Source: Gnetum montanum (taxonomy: Eukaryota > Plantae > Gnetophyta). From it: a DNA stretch of 64,000 nt. A program made the translations under genes and the position numbers. The notes under the pieces were generated by a model. The model worked only from the letters and a program-made list of their open reading frames with translations. It was not told the origin of the DNA and searched no databases. Shown here piece after piece: positions 38,980-52,446 of this stretch; within the stretch, counting starts at the first letter, position 1, and every line of letters starts with the position of its first letter. The stretch covers positions 63,450 through 127,449 of the forward strand of contig MNCI01002702.1 in the NCBI GenBank assembly GCA_015680685.1, given 5' to 3'.

Positions 38980-40519
38980 GAGTATGAAGGATTAATAATA
39001 GGAATGATGATAGCTCATGACTAAGGAATCAAAAACCTAATGATAAAGGGTGATTCATAACTTGTGGTTAACCAAGTAATGGAGGTTTACGCCTACAAAG
39101 CTAAACATTTGTAACCTTATTGTGACCTAGGTAAGAAACTAATGTAACAATTTACAGATGTTGGTATCCAACATATACCTTAGACTAAGAACACGTTAGT
39201 TGATGCCATTGTAAAGTTAGCCCTAAGCATGATGCCTGATGTGTTTATCAAATTACCTTCTTTAACTGTGAATTGTGCTATTCCCATTACGTAGAAAACT
39301 AAAGGTACCTCCATAGCATCTGTTAATACGACTTCTCAAAAAGAGTGGTATGACAACATCAAGTTTTACTTGAAAGATGTTGAATCTCTATAGGGCTTGA
39401 ACACTTCTCAAAAATATGTTGTACGTAAAAGATCAAAACAAGATGTTATTTTAGGTGATAACACATTATCTCAATAGTCCTATGATGACATATTATTAGT
39501 GTGATTGGGCAAAACTAAAGCTTGCACAATCCTTGAGAAAGTTAATGAAGGTATGTGTGGGGGGACATATAGGACCTAGAGCCATGGCTACAAAGATGAG
39601 ACAACTAGGTTATTATTGGTCCTATATGAAAAGTGTTTTCTTGCAGTAAGTTAAATCTTGTGATACTTATCAATGGCATAGTAACCTAATACATGTGTTA
39701 CCAATTAAGTTACATACTACTTAGATAACTTGGCCATTTCACAAATCCTTCATCATCACTACAACCAAATACTTTACAAAGTGAATTCATGTTATTTCCC
39801 TAAGGAAAATAACATCTCAACAAGTCTATAAATTCATACTTGATAACATAGTAAAGCATTTTGACATACCTTTGACCATAGTCACAAATAATGGACCACA
39901 ATTTAGTAGCCAAGAAACGTAAGTCTTTTGTTAATACCTAGGCATCAAGCATTCCTTTTCATCACCATATTACCCTCAAGCTAATGGAAAGGATGAAGCT
40001 AGCAACAAGGCCATCATAAACTTACTTAAAATGATGCTAAATAATAGTAGACACAAGTGGCATGAGCAACCTATCCATGCACGTTGGGCCTATTGAACTG
40101 CAACTAGTGTAATACCAGATAGCCTGGTTTATGGATCTGAAGCTATTTTGCCTCTTAAATTGTAGGTTCCATTGCTCAGAGTGGCTCTATCGGACTTCAT
40201 CAATAATGAGCAGAGCAAGGAGCTATGTACCATTACCCTAGATTCAATGGAAGAGTAGCAGGTACAAACAATCACTCCTATTAAATGGTACAAAGAGAGG
40301 TAGAAACAATAGCATCACTATGACATGAACAAACGAAAGATTAAGGAAGGAGGCCTAGTTCTTAAGGCTATTCATGAACATGTAGAGAAGTTCTCAGCTA
40401 ATTGGGAGGGGCCTTTCTTGGTCATCAAGTCCTATGACAATAAAGCCTTCAGGGTGGTAGACATGGATGGAAATGAATTGGCCAATCTGGTCAACCATTC
40501 CTATCTAAAATCTTATTGA
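38980..40519 (+). pseudogene. pol: Tat additional RNase H (C-terminal half) and integrase
   Basis: EYEGLIIGMMIAHD*GIKNLMIKGDS*LVVNQV..QHIP*TKNTLVDA; TNNGPQF; SSPYYPQANG; KFSANWEGPF. Confidence 0.9.
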
Positions 40520-41607
40520 ATTTGACATGATTTTCTTTATAGCTATAAAATGGCTATTGACATCAATGGTCCTCATAACTAATAATAAGCTAGCCTGCAC
40601 ATTCTCTATCTATCTATCTATTCAGCAAAATTAACGAACTGCAAGCTTGTTAAAGCTTATGCACATCACAAAAATCTCTCTATGTTGTAACCATAATGAC
40701 CTATGGTGATCTGGTTGGTTGGTTGTCTTGTGTGGTTCTATGCATTACCTTGTAACAACATGTTTTCTGATCCTCTTGAAGTTGTGCTTGTAGGATGAAG
40801 CTTGGAAGTCATCACAAAGGTACAACTCATTGTGGTAGGAAGGTACCATGTGATCTTAATGCATAAGATTTGGTTAGCTTGTACTACCTTACTGAGAGTG
40901 CTTGTTTCACATCACTTCCATTACCTCTTCTTGAGCCACAATCTCATAGCCTAACTATAACCTTTCTTGCCCTAAAACAACAGTCATGATGTATATTTGA
41001 CATTCATGTAGTGTGGTCATGTGACATCTCCTTTGTCATGCTCCACCATCAAGTTTGTTGGATGTAATACATCGCATTCAATAAGAAAACCAAACTAAGT
41101 TCAACCTTGGCAATGAAACCCAATGAAGGTTTCACCCTGCCAAAAAAAAAGAGTGAGCAAATTATCAAAAAAGCCAAGAAGGCCAATGAAGATCAAAAAG
41201 ACAAATCATTGGCTCCAAACACACAAAGGAAAAAGCCTAATGGCCAAAGAAGCCTTAGAGTGAAGTGTTGGTTTCTCAAGAACATTATCGAGTGATCATC
41301 ATTTTAAAACATGAAGTGTGAAGATCTTATTGATCATTCAGCACATCATTTCCATACTGTAACCATGATGCCAACATGTGGAATTTAGTGTTGACCCTTG
41401 TAACCATTTCCTTGTAACCAAATATAGCCTTTAGCCTATATCATTTTATCATTAACTTGTCTCATTATCACAAGCACTCTTTGGCATGGTTTGATAGTTA
41501 CTAAATCAAGCACAAACAGGAAACATCAATGATGGACCTATAGTGATGTTTTGTATTCTTTGTTGATGTCTCTCAGGTTAATTCTTAAAACATCAACAAA
41601 GAGAGGC

Positions 41608-42280
41608 TAATGAAACACCACCAAGAAAATTCATGTTACAACTTTTTGGCATTGTAACCTTCACCATTAGAACTTGATGCTAAACTTTATTATAAAATGT
41701 GAGGTTTGTAGCCCATGAGCTGCAATCTCACATATCTTGACTTTTTAGTGCTGAAAAATGCATCGTAAGTTATTGTATCCTTGTTTCCTAAGTGGAAAAA
41801 GCAATGTCATATCTATATTTGGGCTTGGAAAGGCCAAAAATGCCTTTGGAATTGCCAAATCTAGGTTTTTTTATGGGTTTTATGTTGGTTATAGCCAAAA
41901 TTATGTTAAAGGCACCTACACCTAGCATTGGAATTTTTGGGATTTCATTTTTCTAGCATGATCAACATGGTTCTAGTAAGGCCAGTGTGGTTCTAGCAAG
42001 GTCAGTGAGGATTCCATGAGACCAGTGAGGATTTCATGAAGCCAACAAGGATTCTATGAGGTTAGCAAGGATTCCATGAAGCTAGCGTAGTTTTCCAAGG
42101 ACAACATGGTTCTAGTGAAGCCAACAAAGTTTTCAAAGTTTAACTACTTTTTATAGCACTCAGCATAGTTTTAATAGCCTTGGAGCATCAAACTTATCAT
42201 AAGTGGAAAACTACGCTACAAATGATTCCCTACCACATCTACAAATTACATCAATCTATCCGTAATCATGGTAGAAAATT
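41608..42280 (+). repeat. Truncated Tat 3' LTR
   Basis: Colinear with 16112-16785, preceded by a PPT, then abruptly joins Athila protease sequence. Confidence 0.88.
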
Positions 42281-45200
42281 TGTAAATCTCTACTAGATTT
42301 TGTATTAGGAGTGAATTAATTTCACAAGATATGTACAAAGCTTGGAATCTTCCACCACTATGGAAAAGTAATATCATATTAGAGCTTGCAGATCAATCAA
42401 TTACTATTCCACTTGGACAAGTGAATGATGTCATCATCATCATAAGTGGTTGGTCTTACCCTAATGACTTCTTAGTAATACACATGGGGAAGAACAAGGG
42501 AGTATTTCCTATAATCATGAGAAGAGCATGACTTAGCACTATGGATGTTAAGTTAGGAATTAGAGACTTTTCCTTGGAGATTTACAAGGAATATAAAGCT
42601 GGAATTATACAAAGATGTCAAGTTCCATGTATCATGTACAATGATAACAAGTGTAATTGTGTGTGGAAAATCTGGGCTGTGAAACAAGGAATTAGTATAA
42701 CATGCAATCAATGTGTATGCAGCAATGTTTGTATGGAGTAGCCACCAAACATAGTGGATAGTTACTGATAAAGAGATGGAATCCAAATATACATAGAACC
42801 AACTAATTAGATCATAAGTGCCTATGTTGAAGAAACTGATAAGTTAGAATAGTTAAGGAGGAAACACCCCCATATAGATTTACATTAAGATGAAGACATT
42901 GAATGGAAATAGTTAGAGATCCTAGACAAGTTTGAATCAAAATTGTTAGAGTTAAAAACCCTACCGAACATGCTAGAATATGATTTTCTAAATAATAAAA
43001 AACCAATAATCATTCATATTAACCTTGATAAAGACCAAAAGAAAATATTATTGAAAGTAGTCAACAAATGGCTAATAGAATTTGCATGATTCCTTAATGA
43101 AATAACAGGCATTGACAAATGTATATGTTAATACCAAATTTACATAGATCTAGCTATCAAGCCATGCCACCAGCCTCAAAGAAGATTGAATCCTAAGCTC
43201 AAAAAAGTAGTAAAATAGGAATTGGCAAAATAATTCAATGTACGATTCACCTATCCAATTGCAAATATTGAATGTGGTAGTCCCTTAGTCATTGTCCTAA
43301 AGAAAGGTGGTAATTGGAGGTTCTACATCAATTTTTTGTTGTTGAATTCTATGACATTCAAGGATCATTTTCCTTTGCCATTTGTTGACTAGGTCCTCTA
43401 TACCATAGCAGGGCATCAGTACTACAATTTTCTTGATGAGTATAGTGGGTACAACCACATTTGCACTGCATTGAAAGATCAGGAGAAGACTACATTCACC
43501 AGTTCATGGGGGACATTTCCCTAACCTTTTGGGTTGGGCAATGCACCTGCTACTTTCCAAATGCTAGTATTAAGTATCTTTCAAAAACAAACTGGTAATG
43601 GTGTTGAAGTATTTATGGATGATTTCTCTACTTATGGGCTACATTTCAAGAAGGCATTAGACCATTTAGAGTAGGTTCTAAAAAGATGTGTTGAAACTAA
43701 TTTAAAGCTCAAATGACAAAAGTGTCATTTAATCATCCAAGATGGGATTGTTTTGGGACATAGAGTATTACAAAAAGTAATAGAGGTATATTCAAATAAG
43801 ATAAGAGTAATTTAGAATATCACCTAGAGGCCACAAACCATTAAGGATGTTAGATCATTTCTAGGCCATATTGGATATTATAGAAGATTCAGTGACAATT
43901 TTTCATAAATACCAAAGTCGTTGGTAGAGCTAACAAAGAAAGATGCATCATTCTAGGGGATGAAATAATGTGAGAAGGCATTTAAGACACTAAAACAGAA
44001 GCTAATTGAAACACCAATCCTTTGAGCTCTGAATTGGTCCCAAGTCCTTTCACATAATGATAGATGCTTTCAATTATGCACTGGGCGTAGTACTGATGGA
44101 ACGTGATGATCAAAAGAGGCTATACTACATGCATTATGCTAGCCAACACATCACCAGAACACAACTTAGTAAAATCACTATGGAAAAGGAGCTTATGACC
44201 ATGGTGTATGCACTAGAGAAATTAAGACATTATGTGCTTGGGTACCCTATTTATGTTCACACGAACCATAGTAAAATAAGATTTCTAATGAATAAATCAA
44301 TGGTGAGTCCAAGGGCTATAAGATTGCTCATAATACTATAAGAATTTGACATCACTATGATTGACAAGAAAGGGATAGAGAATTTCGTAGTAAATCACTT
44401 GTTAAGGCTAACATGGAAACCATGATAGTAAGAAGAACCATTATCAAACCAATTTTCCAATGAGAATTTGTTCACAAAGACAACAATGGTTGTCAACTCA
44501 ATAGAGAAGTCATGAATCATTAACTATATGACTTATTTTGTCATAAAAGAACTTCCTATTGAGTGAAATACAAAACAAAAAGAGTAGTTCCTCCATAAAG
44601 TAAAGTGATATACAGAAATAACTGGAAATTTGTACAAGATCTATGCTAATGGATTAGTAAGATTGTGTGTTCTAGAAGAGAAACAAAAAATAATTCTACA
44701 AGATGTACATGAAGGACCTTGTGATGGTCACTACACGGGGCATAGGATAGCACTAAACCTGATGATGGCAAGCTACTTCTAGCCTACCATATTACAGGAC
44801 ACACACAACTTCATCTAGTCTAGTGAAAGATGTCAACATGATGGAAGAATAACAACTAGGAATGAAGGACTATAATAATGGATTCTACCATTAAAACCAT
44901 TTAACATTTGGAGAATTGATTTCATAGGGCCCATCACACTGATGTCAAACGGGAAAGAATATATTATAGTGACATTTGATTATTGTACTAAATGGGCAGA
45001 AGCAACTACAATTAAGGATTATACAACAAAAAAAATTGTTAAATTCTTTCACTAGCATGTGATAAATGGGTTTGGAGTACCATGTATGCTCATATTCGAC
45101 AATGGAACACACTTCATAGGTGCTACATTCAAAAAGCTCATGCAACTACTTGGGATGAACCATAAGCTAACTACATCAAACCACCTCCAAGAAAATGGTC

Positions 45201-45700
45201 AAGTGGAAGTGACTAACCAGAAAATCACAAGAATATTAACTCAAATAGTTAGTCGATTTATAAAGAATTAGAGCAGTAAATTGAATGATTTTCTATGAGC
45301 ATATAGGATCACATGGAAACTTCCCATAGGATACTTGTCCTTTAAACTAGTTTATGGAAAATTGCCTATGCTACTAATCCAAGCAAAGCTACAAACTTTG
45401 GCTACTGCTAGAAAGCTTGACTAGACTTAAGCTTAGCTTAGAAAGAACATCTTATAAATATTAACCTTTTAGAAGAAGATATACTTGTAGTAGCCCTAAT
45501 GAGCAATGAAATACATACGAAATACTCCAAATATAGGCATGATTCATGCATACGACAAGTATCAATCCAACTAGGTGATAAAGTACTATATTAAAATCCC
45601 AATCATATACCACAAAAAGTGAAGTATTCCTCAGGCACCATGTAGATTTACCATCCAACTAGCACGTACAAACTTATTCTAGTCAATATTCAACAGGTCA
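42281..45700 (+). pseudogene. pol: A4 pol
   Basis: MYKAWNLPPLWKSNIILELADQS; KDHFPLPFVD; DAFNYALG; FDNGTHF; many stops. Confidence 0.92.
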
Positions 45701-47913
45701 AACTATAATATGAACATTCCAACTCCTTTATGGATTCTACCTAGCTTGCTAAATTGTCCTCAATCCATTCAATCTTCTAATGGACTACTTCCAATAATAG
45801 TCATGGAGGTGCCCCATGTAACACTTAGGCACTGCATTGAATCTATTTTTTTCTCTTATTACTTTTTCATATTCTTTGATATCTTTTCATTCTTTTATAC
45901 TTTTTCATTTCTTAATCATTTGCTATTCTTTGATATCTTTAAAATTCTTTCTCTATTTTTTCATTTCTAATCATTTTTCTTGTACATAATTTTGTTAATT
46001 TTTCAATAAAGTGAAATGGAATAAAGCAAGATGTAGTCCCAATAAGGTGAAGATTACCTTGTATTATTAGATCATGAAGGAATGATTCTATATACAGTGA
46101 GACCACATCATCCATCCACTCATTTCCAATAATAAGAGGTTCTTACCATGACCATAATGATATTCTTTTCACAATAAAACTAAAATAAACCTGTGATCAT
46201 TATGCCTAGATAAAAGAGTGAGGAACCAAGTGGGAATGAAAAGGGTGTGACATCAAAGGGATTTGTGGACTCTCTAAGACTACTACTATGAGTCTTATCC
46301 TCTTGTTAAGAGTGTATTATTTTCTTAAGTTCTAACAAAAAATTTGAAGTACAAGTACAATAAGTGCTACCTTACCATGTCACTGAAAAGACATGTTACC
46401 CATGCCTAAAGGTAGTCATCTAGTAAGGTTGACATAGTAAAAATATAATAAATGCAAAGAATAAAATTTCTAAGGGTCCCACTAGAAAGACATGTTACCC
46501 ATGCCTGAAGGTAGGGGGCTTCTCAAAAATCAAAAAATAAAGTGTGCTATTAATAAATTTCTTCCTTGAACTACATTGCCAAGTGATAATCCTTCTTGCA
46601 ATAGTGGTAGTCTTATAGTTGTTAGTTTTGAGATGATATAATGCAATTTCACTAGCAAGTGGTATGGACTTGGTTCGGACCTTGGACAAAAAAGCTAATG
46701 ATCACCTTAATCATACATTACACACAAGGATTCATTATGCCTATGGTAAGACACCTCACATCCTAATTTCTATGATCCCTTCTAATCCAATTCCATCTCA
46801 CTAATGTATATTATCATAATTCCATGGTTTTGTATAATATAGTACTAGTTTCCCATTCTAGTGATACTAACATGTATGTTTTGAAAGACATGTATGTTCT
46901 ACATTCAACTCCTTGAGTGCCTATGGAAACTTATAGATGTGGTTATATAAGGACACTAAGGACTTAAGCCTGCTTTGGGAAGGATCCACTTGTATAACTC
47001 TTGGATCCCATACCTAACGATCAATTCCACATCATCTTGTGCCTTATAAATACTTTAACCACTAATTTTTACTTCCCTAAGTCTTTATATCTAACCATAC
47101 CTTTGATAATTCTTGATCTATCTCATATATATCTAATTGACCTTCATTGTCTGAGATTCCTTCCTTATGATCTTTGAATGCTAACGTTTTGTAATCTGAG
47201 CATCATCTATGATTTCAAGATCATTTCCGCAACCTCTACATCTTCCAAATTGTCTAATTGACTCAATTTTTCAATCAAAAACTACCAAAAATCCAAAAAA
47301 TTTTAGCTATGATGTCGTATCTATGATGTCATATTACCTACAATGTCACAACTATGATGCCATGCATATAAAAATCTATATATATGCATGGGGAGTTAGA
47401 AATCTTTTCATTCTACCAATTCATAGAAAGAGGAGTTCATGTAGCTTTTTTGAGCTCTTACACCCAAACTTGCCAACATCACAACTTCCTTATAGCACCT
47501 CCAATTTGTGTGATTCTTGAACCTTATTGATCCTAGAGTGCTCAACTTAGTTATGGGAGCTATATTGCGTGTAGATAAGGAAGGTTCAGCCAAAGTTTCT
47601 TAACATCTAGAAAATAACATTAAGGGTAAGTATAAGAATAAATAAGAATATTTTAATCAACTAATAAAATAAAAGCCAATGGATTTAACCAATTCTCCTA
47701 ACCAACTATTCAACTGTGAAATGGCATAATAATTAAAGATACAAAAATTAAGTATTTCTTTTTGAAATTTCTCTAACCATACAATCATAATAAGGGTCAT
47801 AACTAATAATAAGAATAGAAATTAGATAAAACCAAGGATTTGGAAAAAGGATTATGAGCTATTAGGAACCTATTCAAAATTCATTAATAACCTTGAATTC
47901 TTAATGATTGCAA

Positions 47914-50710
47914 ATGGCTCATAAAAGACCCACCATCGAAAGACCTTCATAGCCAAAAAGCAAGAGACTAAGGCATTGAGGAAGAGCGCAAGTAGGAGAA
48001 CAAACTCTATAGGTCGAACATGTAAAGTAGGAGGCCTAATCATTTAGCATCCATTAACATATCCCTGCTACTAAATGATCTACACAAGCTAAAGTAAAGG
48101 TACCACTAGCACTAGAACAAGGACAACACCTCACACTATCAGTAGAATGCCTCCAAGCCATCTAGATAAAGTTCATAATGTCTAGGATCATTGTGGAATT
48201 AAATTTTGAACTATTTACGGAGTTTGCTCCTGAAGTTGTTAAGACACAACTTCAAGCCTCTTCCTTATGTCCAACCTTATTAAGAAATGTTGATTGGTAT
48301 TTGGGAGAAGTCTATCAATTTTGTAAGAACAAGCAAGATGATGCAATAGTTAAAATTGAAGGAGTCTTAGTGTCGTATTCTATCGAGACAATTACCAAGG
48401 CATTGAACATTCCAAATGTTAGAGCCAATGTCATGCAAATATCCACAAGGACTAACATAGATGCAAAGAAGTTGTTGCTCCAAAAAGCATATGGAAAAGA
48501 AGATAAGGACTATAGTGAACTCACTATTGAGTAGAAAATTTACTTCAATATTGGAACCTATCACATATTCCCAACAAAAAGACTCAATAGGATCTCTACC
48601 TACATAGCTAGAGGAAGTGAAATCTTGATAGGAAAATTCAACACCAACATTGCCCATTTTCCCTTCTTACAAATCCAAAGAAGGTTCAAGGAAAAGAAGG
48701 TAAGGAAATTTACATTGTTATTTCCTTGCCTAATTAGGAAGTTGTGCAAGCGAGTAGAGATCTTGGGCTACATAAATGATGTTATGAGAAAAGTGTAGAA
48801 TGCATCCTATGCAGAGATGTCAAAGTTAGTGCCACCCAAGAAGGATCAGCTAGAGAAGCCAGTAGGCACTGAGGGAGCATTAGGTTCTACACTTGTCGAT
48901 AATGTTCCAGCTATTGAACAACAGTAACAAGTAGGACCTAGTGGGTCAACACCTATTGGTGATAGGCCTGAATAGTAAGCTTCACCACCACAATAAGACT
49001 ACAGCCCTTCAATGAGTCATCTATAGCAAATCACAAAAATCATCAGCTAGGGAGAAAGGGAGGGATCCACCCTATATAAAGTAAGAGACAACTCCGTAAG
49101 ACCTATGATCTCCATAGGACCTGCTAATGGACAAGTATCTTTGTAGGTAGAAGAAGATGATGATTGGGAACAACAGATATTAGGGAACATTGCATCATTC
49201 CAGATGATGTTAGAAACCGGAGAAGGTGCCACTGTAGTGGTCATGTAACACCAGGATACAATAGGAGCAACAAAGATGATCACCAATCATATCAAAGAAT
49301 CTTTTAATATTCCCTTTATGCCATTGGTCGATATTTCTAGAGCCAAAGATGCTCAAATTCTAGCTAGAACATCAATGATCCCAATAGAGTATGAAGATGT
49401 TCTTGATAGATTGCTACAAATGGGCCAAGTGATGTAGAATTTCTTTGATATCCCTAGTTATATCACTACAATGCAATCTGATCTTATAGCCACTAAAGGA
49501 GAGTTGGTTATGATAGAAGCAAGGTGGAACAGGCAAAGAATGAGGTGAAGAGGCTACAAGATGAACTAGTATCTCTAAGAGCAAAGAAAAGGGACCCTAC
49601 ATAATTTGTAGCTCCAAACTAGCTAGAACAATTCAGAATAGATCAAGTTAGGCAGTTGATTGCAAGGAACATTCAAGTTGAGATGGAGAAGGAAAAGGTT
49701 ATGTGAAATGCATCAATGGATGAAACCCAAACATACACATACACACACCAAAATTATCACTACCTTAGAAGAGGAGAATAAGAAGCTTGCTACTAACAAT
49801 ACATAATTAACAAATGTTGAGAAATAGAAGAATGTTCTTGAAGAAAGTATTCATTAGCTGCGAGAATAATTCATTCGTGTCAACTAGGATATGAATAAAT
49901 TGGCCCAAGAAAATCACACCCTGTCAATGAAAGAAGTGAACATAATTTCCTAGAAGTCAGCATTATTCGATAGAAGTTAATAGTCAAAATAAGTGCATGG
50001 TAGAATGAGGCCAAAAAGCATAAGAAGCTCAAGGAACAATTTAGGGATCAAGTGGGCATGTACAAGTAGATCAATGAGAAGCAGATTTAGATGGTAAAGG
50101 CCAAGATTAATTCCATCACTACATAGACACTAGATTGACAACCCATTTTGGACAGCCTTACCTAGGTCCACTGGATTGAAATGAAAAATAAATACCTGTA
50201 GATCGAGGATTTAATAGGATACATGGGGTTAGTAAATCTTTGGTATGCTAATAGTAGGGTAGCCACGAAATGAGCTTGAGCAGCAAGTAGCAATAGTAAA
50301 TGCAATGTATGAAAAAGAGTTTGCAAATTAGAAGGATTCATTGCAAAAATTACATGTGATAAACTCTGAGCTTGAAATTATCAAAGCTAGCTACCAAGAG
50401 AAAAAATATGTTGTAGCAAACCTAACACACTCATTGTCTAATTATCAAGAATTAATAAGGTGTCTAGAGCTTTTGAAGAGGAAAGAAAACAGTTTGTTGC
50501 ATGGTATGTCAAAGAAAATAAGATGTTCCTATAACTGCCATGCCCATGGGATGTATCGACTCCATTGAACATTGCATAATATACATGGATGGTATATGAC
50601 CTTAGGACAAAAGAAGAAAAGCTTAAGGTGTTCCTGAATAGATATCAATTTCAAAAGCCTAATAATAAGGGGAAAAAGTCAAAAGAGGAGCCTCCACCAC
50701 CTAGAACATA
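47914..50710 (+). pseudogene. Athila env-like / putative plant transposon protein ORF with coiled-coil C-terminus
   Basis: VYQFC..VKIEGVLVSYSIETITKALNIP...LLFPCLIRKLC, followed by K/E/Q-rich heptad-like segments at 49.5-50.5 kb. Confidence 0.72.
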
Positions 50711-50935
50711 GAGGGCACATCAAGCTACTCTATTTTGTTTTGTTTTATTTTGTCTTATCTTATTATTGTCAACTATGTTAATGTTGTAAAAACACCACTC
50801 AAATCATAATGCAGTATTTAGTGTCATGTATATAGTTAAGTTATGTCAAGTTTGAGTCTACCTCTGATTTTATAAGGGATTCTATCCTCATTTTGTTCTA
50901 ACTCGAGGATGAGTTTCCAATCAGTCATGGGGCTA

Positions 50936-51813
50936 TGATGAGTCCTTTTTTTGGCAAGAATGATATCGTAGATATGATATCACATCTACAATATCATAGC
51001 CCAACCTACATCATCGTTAATGTAATGTCTTGGGAGCTATGCGACCCTATAAATACTGACACTTAGGTTCACCAACAACAAAAATTTTTATTACATCCTT
51101 AGCTCAACTCTTGATGTTTGTTTTTGTAGTTAATGATAGAGTGAATGCTCGTAGAGTGGTATTTGGCATTTGTCCAGAATCTTTATTTTAGTGGGTTGTA
51201 CTTTGGTACAATTCATGTTTGACAATGAAGATCAAAATTGCTTTTCATCATTATAGCAGCCACTTAGTTCTTTTGTTTTTCTTAGCTTAATTTTCATGTT
51301 TACTTAGTTAACTCTTTATATTTCCAAAGTATTTTACTTTACATGTTCATTAGTAAAGGCAAAATGAGTATGACTAGTTTCGAGTGTTAAAGTGTAATCG
51401 TTTGGTAAACCAGTAGTAGTTTCACTTGATTCACCTAGTAGTAAATTAACTTGGTAATCTTAGTGATGGTTACATGAACTCAAGACATGACCAGTAAGCC
51501 AAGAACAAATGCTCATCACCATAGGCTAGAGTAGATTTACATTCCTGTCATTACTTAGACTTAGATTTTAATCACTTTCACTATGTCTGTAGCTAGAAGA
51601 ACAATGAGCCTAACAACATCCACAGATCATATGCCTCATTGAGAGTTAAACCATACACTTGAACTTCACTACCTCAAAGTAGGAATACAGTGATCATAAA
51701 TCAATTATCATCTCCTAGCATACTTGCATTGTCCATTCACAGATGACAATCTTGTCACATGCATGCACTCATGACTTGTATGGTGAAGTATTGGGACATC
51801 TCACCACTCATCA
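50936..51813 (+). repeat. A4 3' LTR (878 bp)
   Basis: Family termini, PPT TCATGGGGCTA, TATAAATA ~51048. Confidence 0.88.
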
Positions 51814-52300
51814 CTTGGGACTCCTTTTCCCACCAAGTAGAATTCATACCTTCTAATCTAGATTCATTTATAGGTACCCTTAAGTTATTTAGTACCTCTT
51901 CTAACTCAAAGAGATTCTCAAGGTTCTTCAATCAATTCGAAAAAAGTATTGGTATCATATATACAATTGAAAGCCTTCAACTCAATGTACAAAAGTCTAA
52001 TAGTATTTCTGAATGTTCTAGGAAGCCTTGCTTCATCTTTCTTATTAAGCTTGCCTAGTGAAGAAGTATTTACCACCATTAGAGCCCTCCAAATTCTTAT
52101 ATGTGGGACAGAATTTACTTCCATTAGAATCCTTGGTTGATGGATTCCCACACTTTCATAGCTTGATTTTCCTTCCTCATCATCTACTCCATATCCATCT
52201 AGTTGTGAAACTTCTTCATCTGAATAAGTATGCTCATCTCCTTCGTGTCTCTGAATATGGCTAGGACTAATATTTATACCTTTGCACTGATCTCGTCCAA
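51814..52300 (-). pseudogene. gag: Chromovirus gag N-terminus
   Basis: Frameshift-corrected IELKAFNCIYDTNTFSN*LKNLENLFELEEV...RLEGMNSTWW, a CRM-like gag pattern. Confidence 0.65.
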
Positions 52301-52433
52301 TTGAGAAACCATCATCTAGAAGGTAGATTTCATGCTCTCTATGTCTCTATTTAGGACTTAAACCTGTTTATTCTTAGATGTAATCTAAAATTAACAAAAT
52401 TCTGTACCAAATTCAAGCAATAATTAATACAAA

Positions 52434-52445
52434 GCTCTAATACCA
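52434..52445 (-). promoter_or_regulatory. PBS, tRNA-iMet type
   Basis: Minus strand TGGTATTAGAGC versus canonical TGGTATCAGAGC. Confidence 0.8.
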
Positions 52446-52446
52446 A

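Larger units (their letters stand above)
32541..38990 (+). mobile_element. Endogenous caulimovirid (pararetrovirus), ~6.45 kb, degenerate
   Basis: MP, CP, PR, RT and RH motifs in caulimovirid order, no integrase, TATA-containing intergenic region. Confidence 0.9.
16112..42280 (+). mobile_element. Tat/Ogre-like gypsy element (gag-PR-[9.5 kb]-RT-[virus]-aRH-INT)
   Basis: 5' LTR 16112-17401 and partial 3' LTR 41608-~42280; Tat-type RT; additional archaeal-type RNase H before the integrase; PPT AAAGAGAGGC. Confidence 0.88.
42281..51813 (+). mobile_element. 5'-truncated Athila-like element A4 with env-like ORF
   Basis: pol 42281-45700 homologous to A1; extra ORF; PPT and 3' LTR 50936-51813 (TGATGAG...CTCATCA). 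Confidence 0.9.

Noticed and set aside
46381-46514. 35-bp direct repeat (46381-46415 and 46480-46514)
   Set aside because: Ordinary local duplication in Athila non-coding sequence with no further structure
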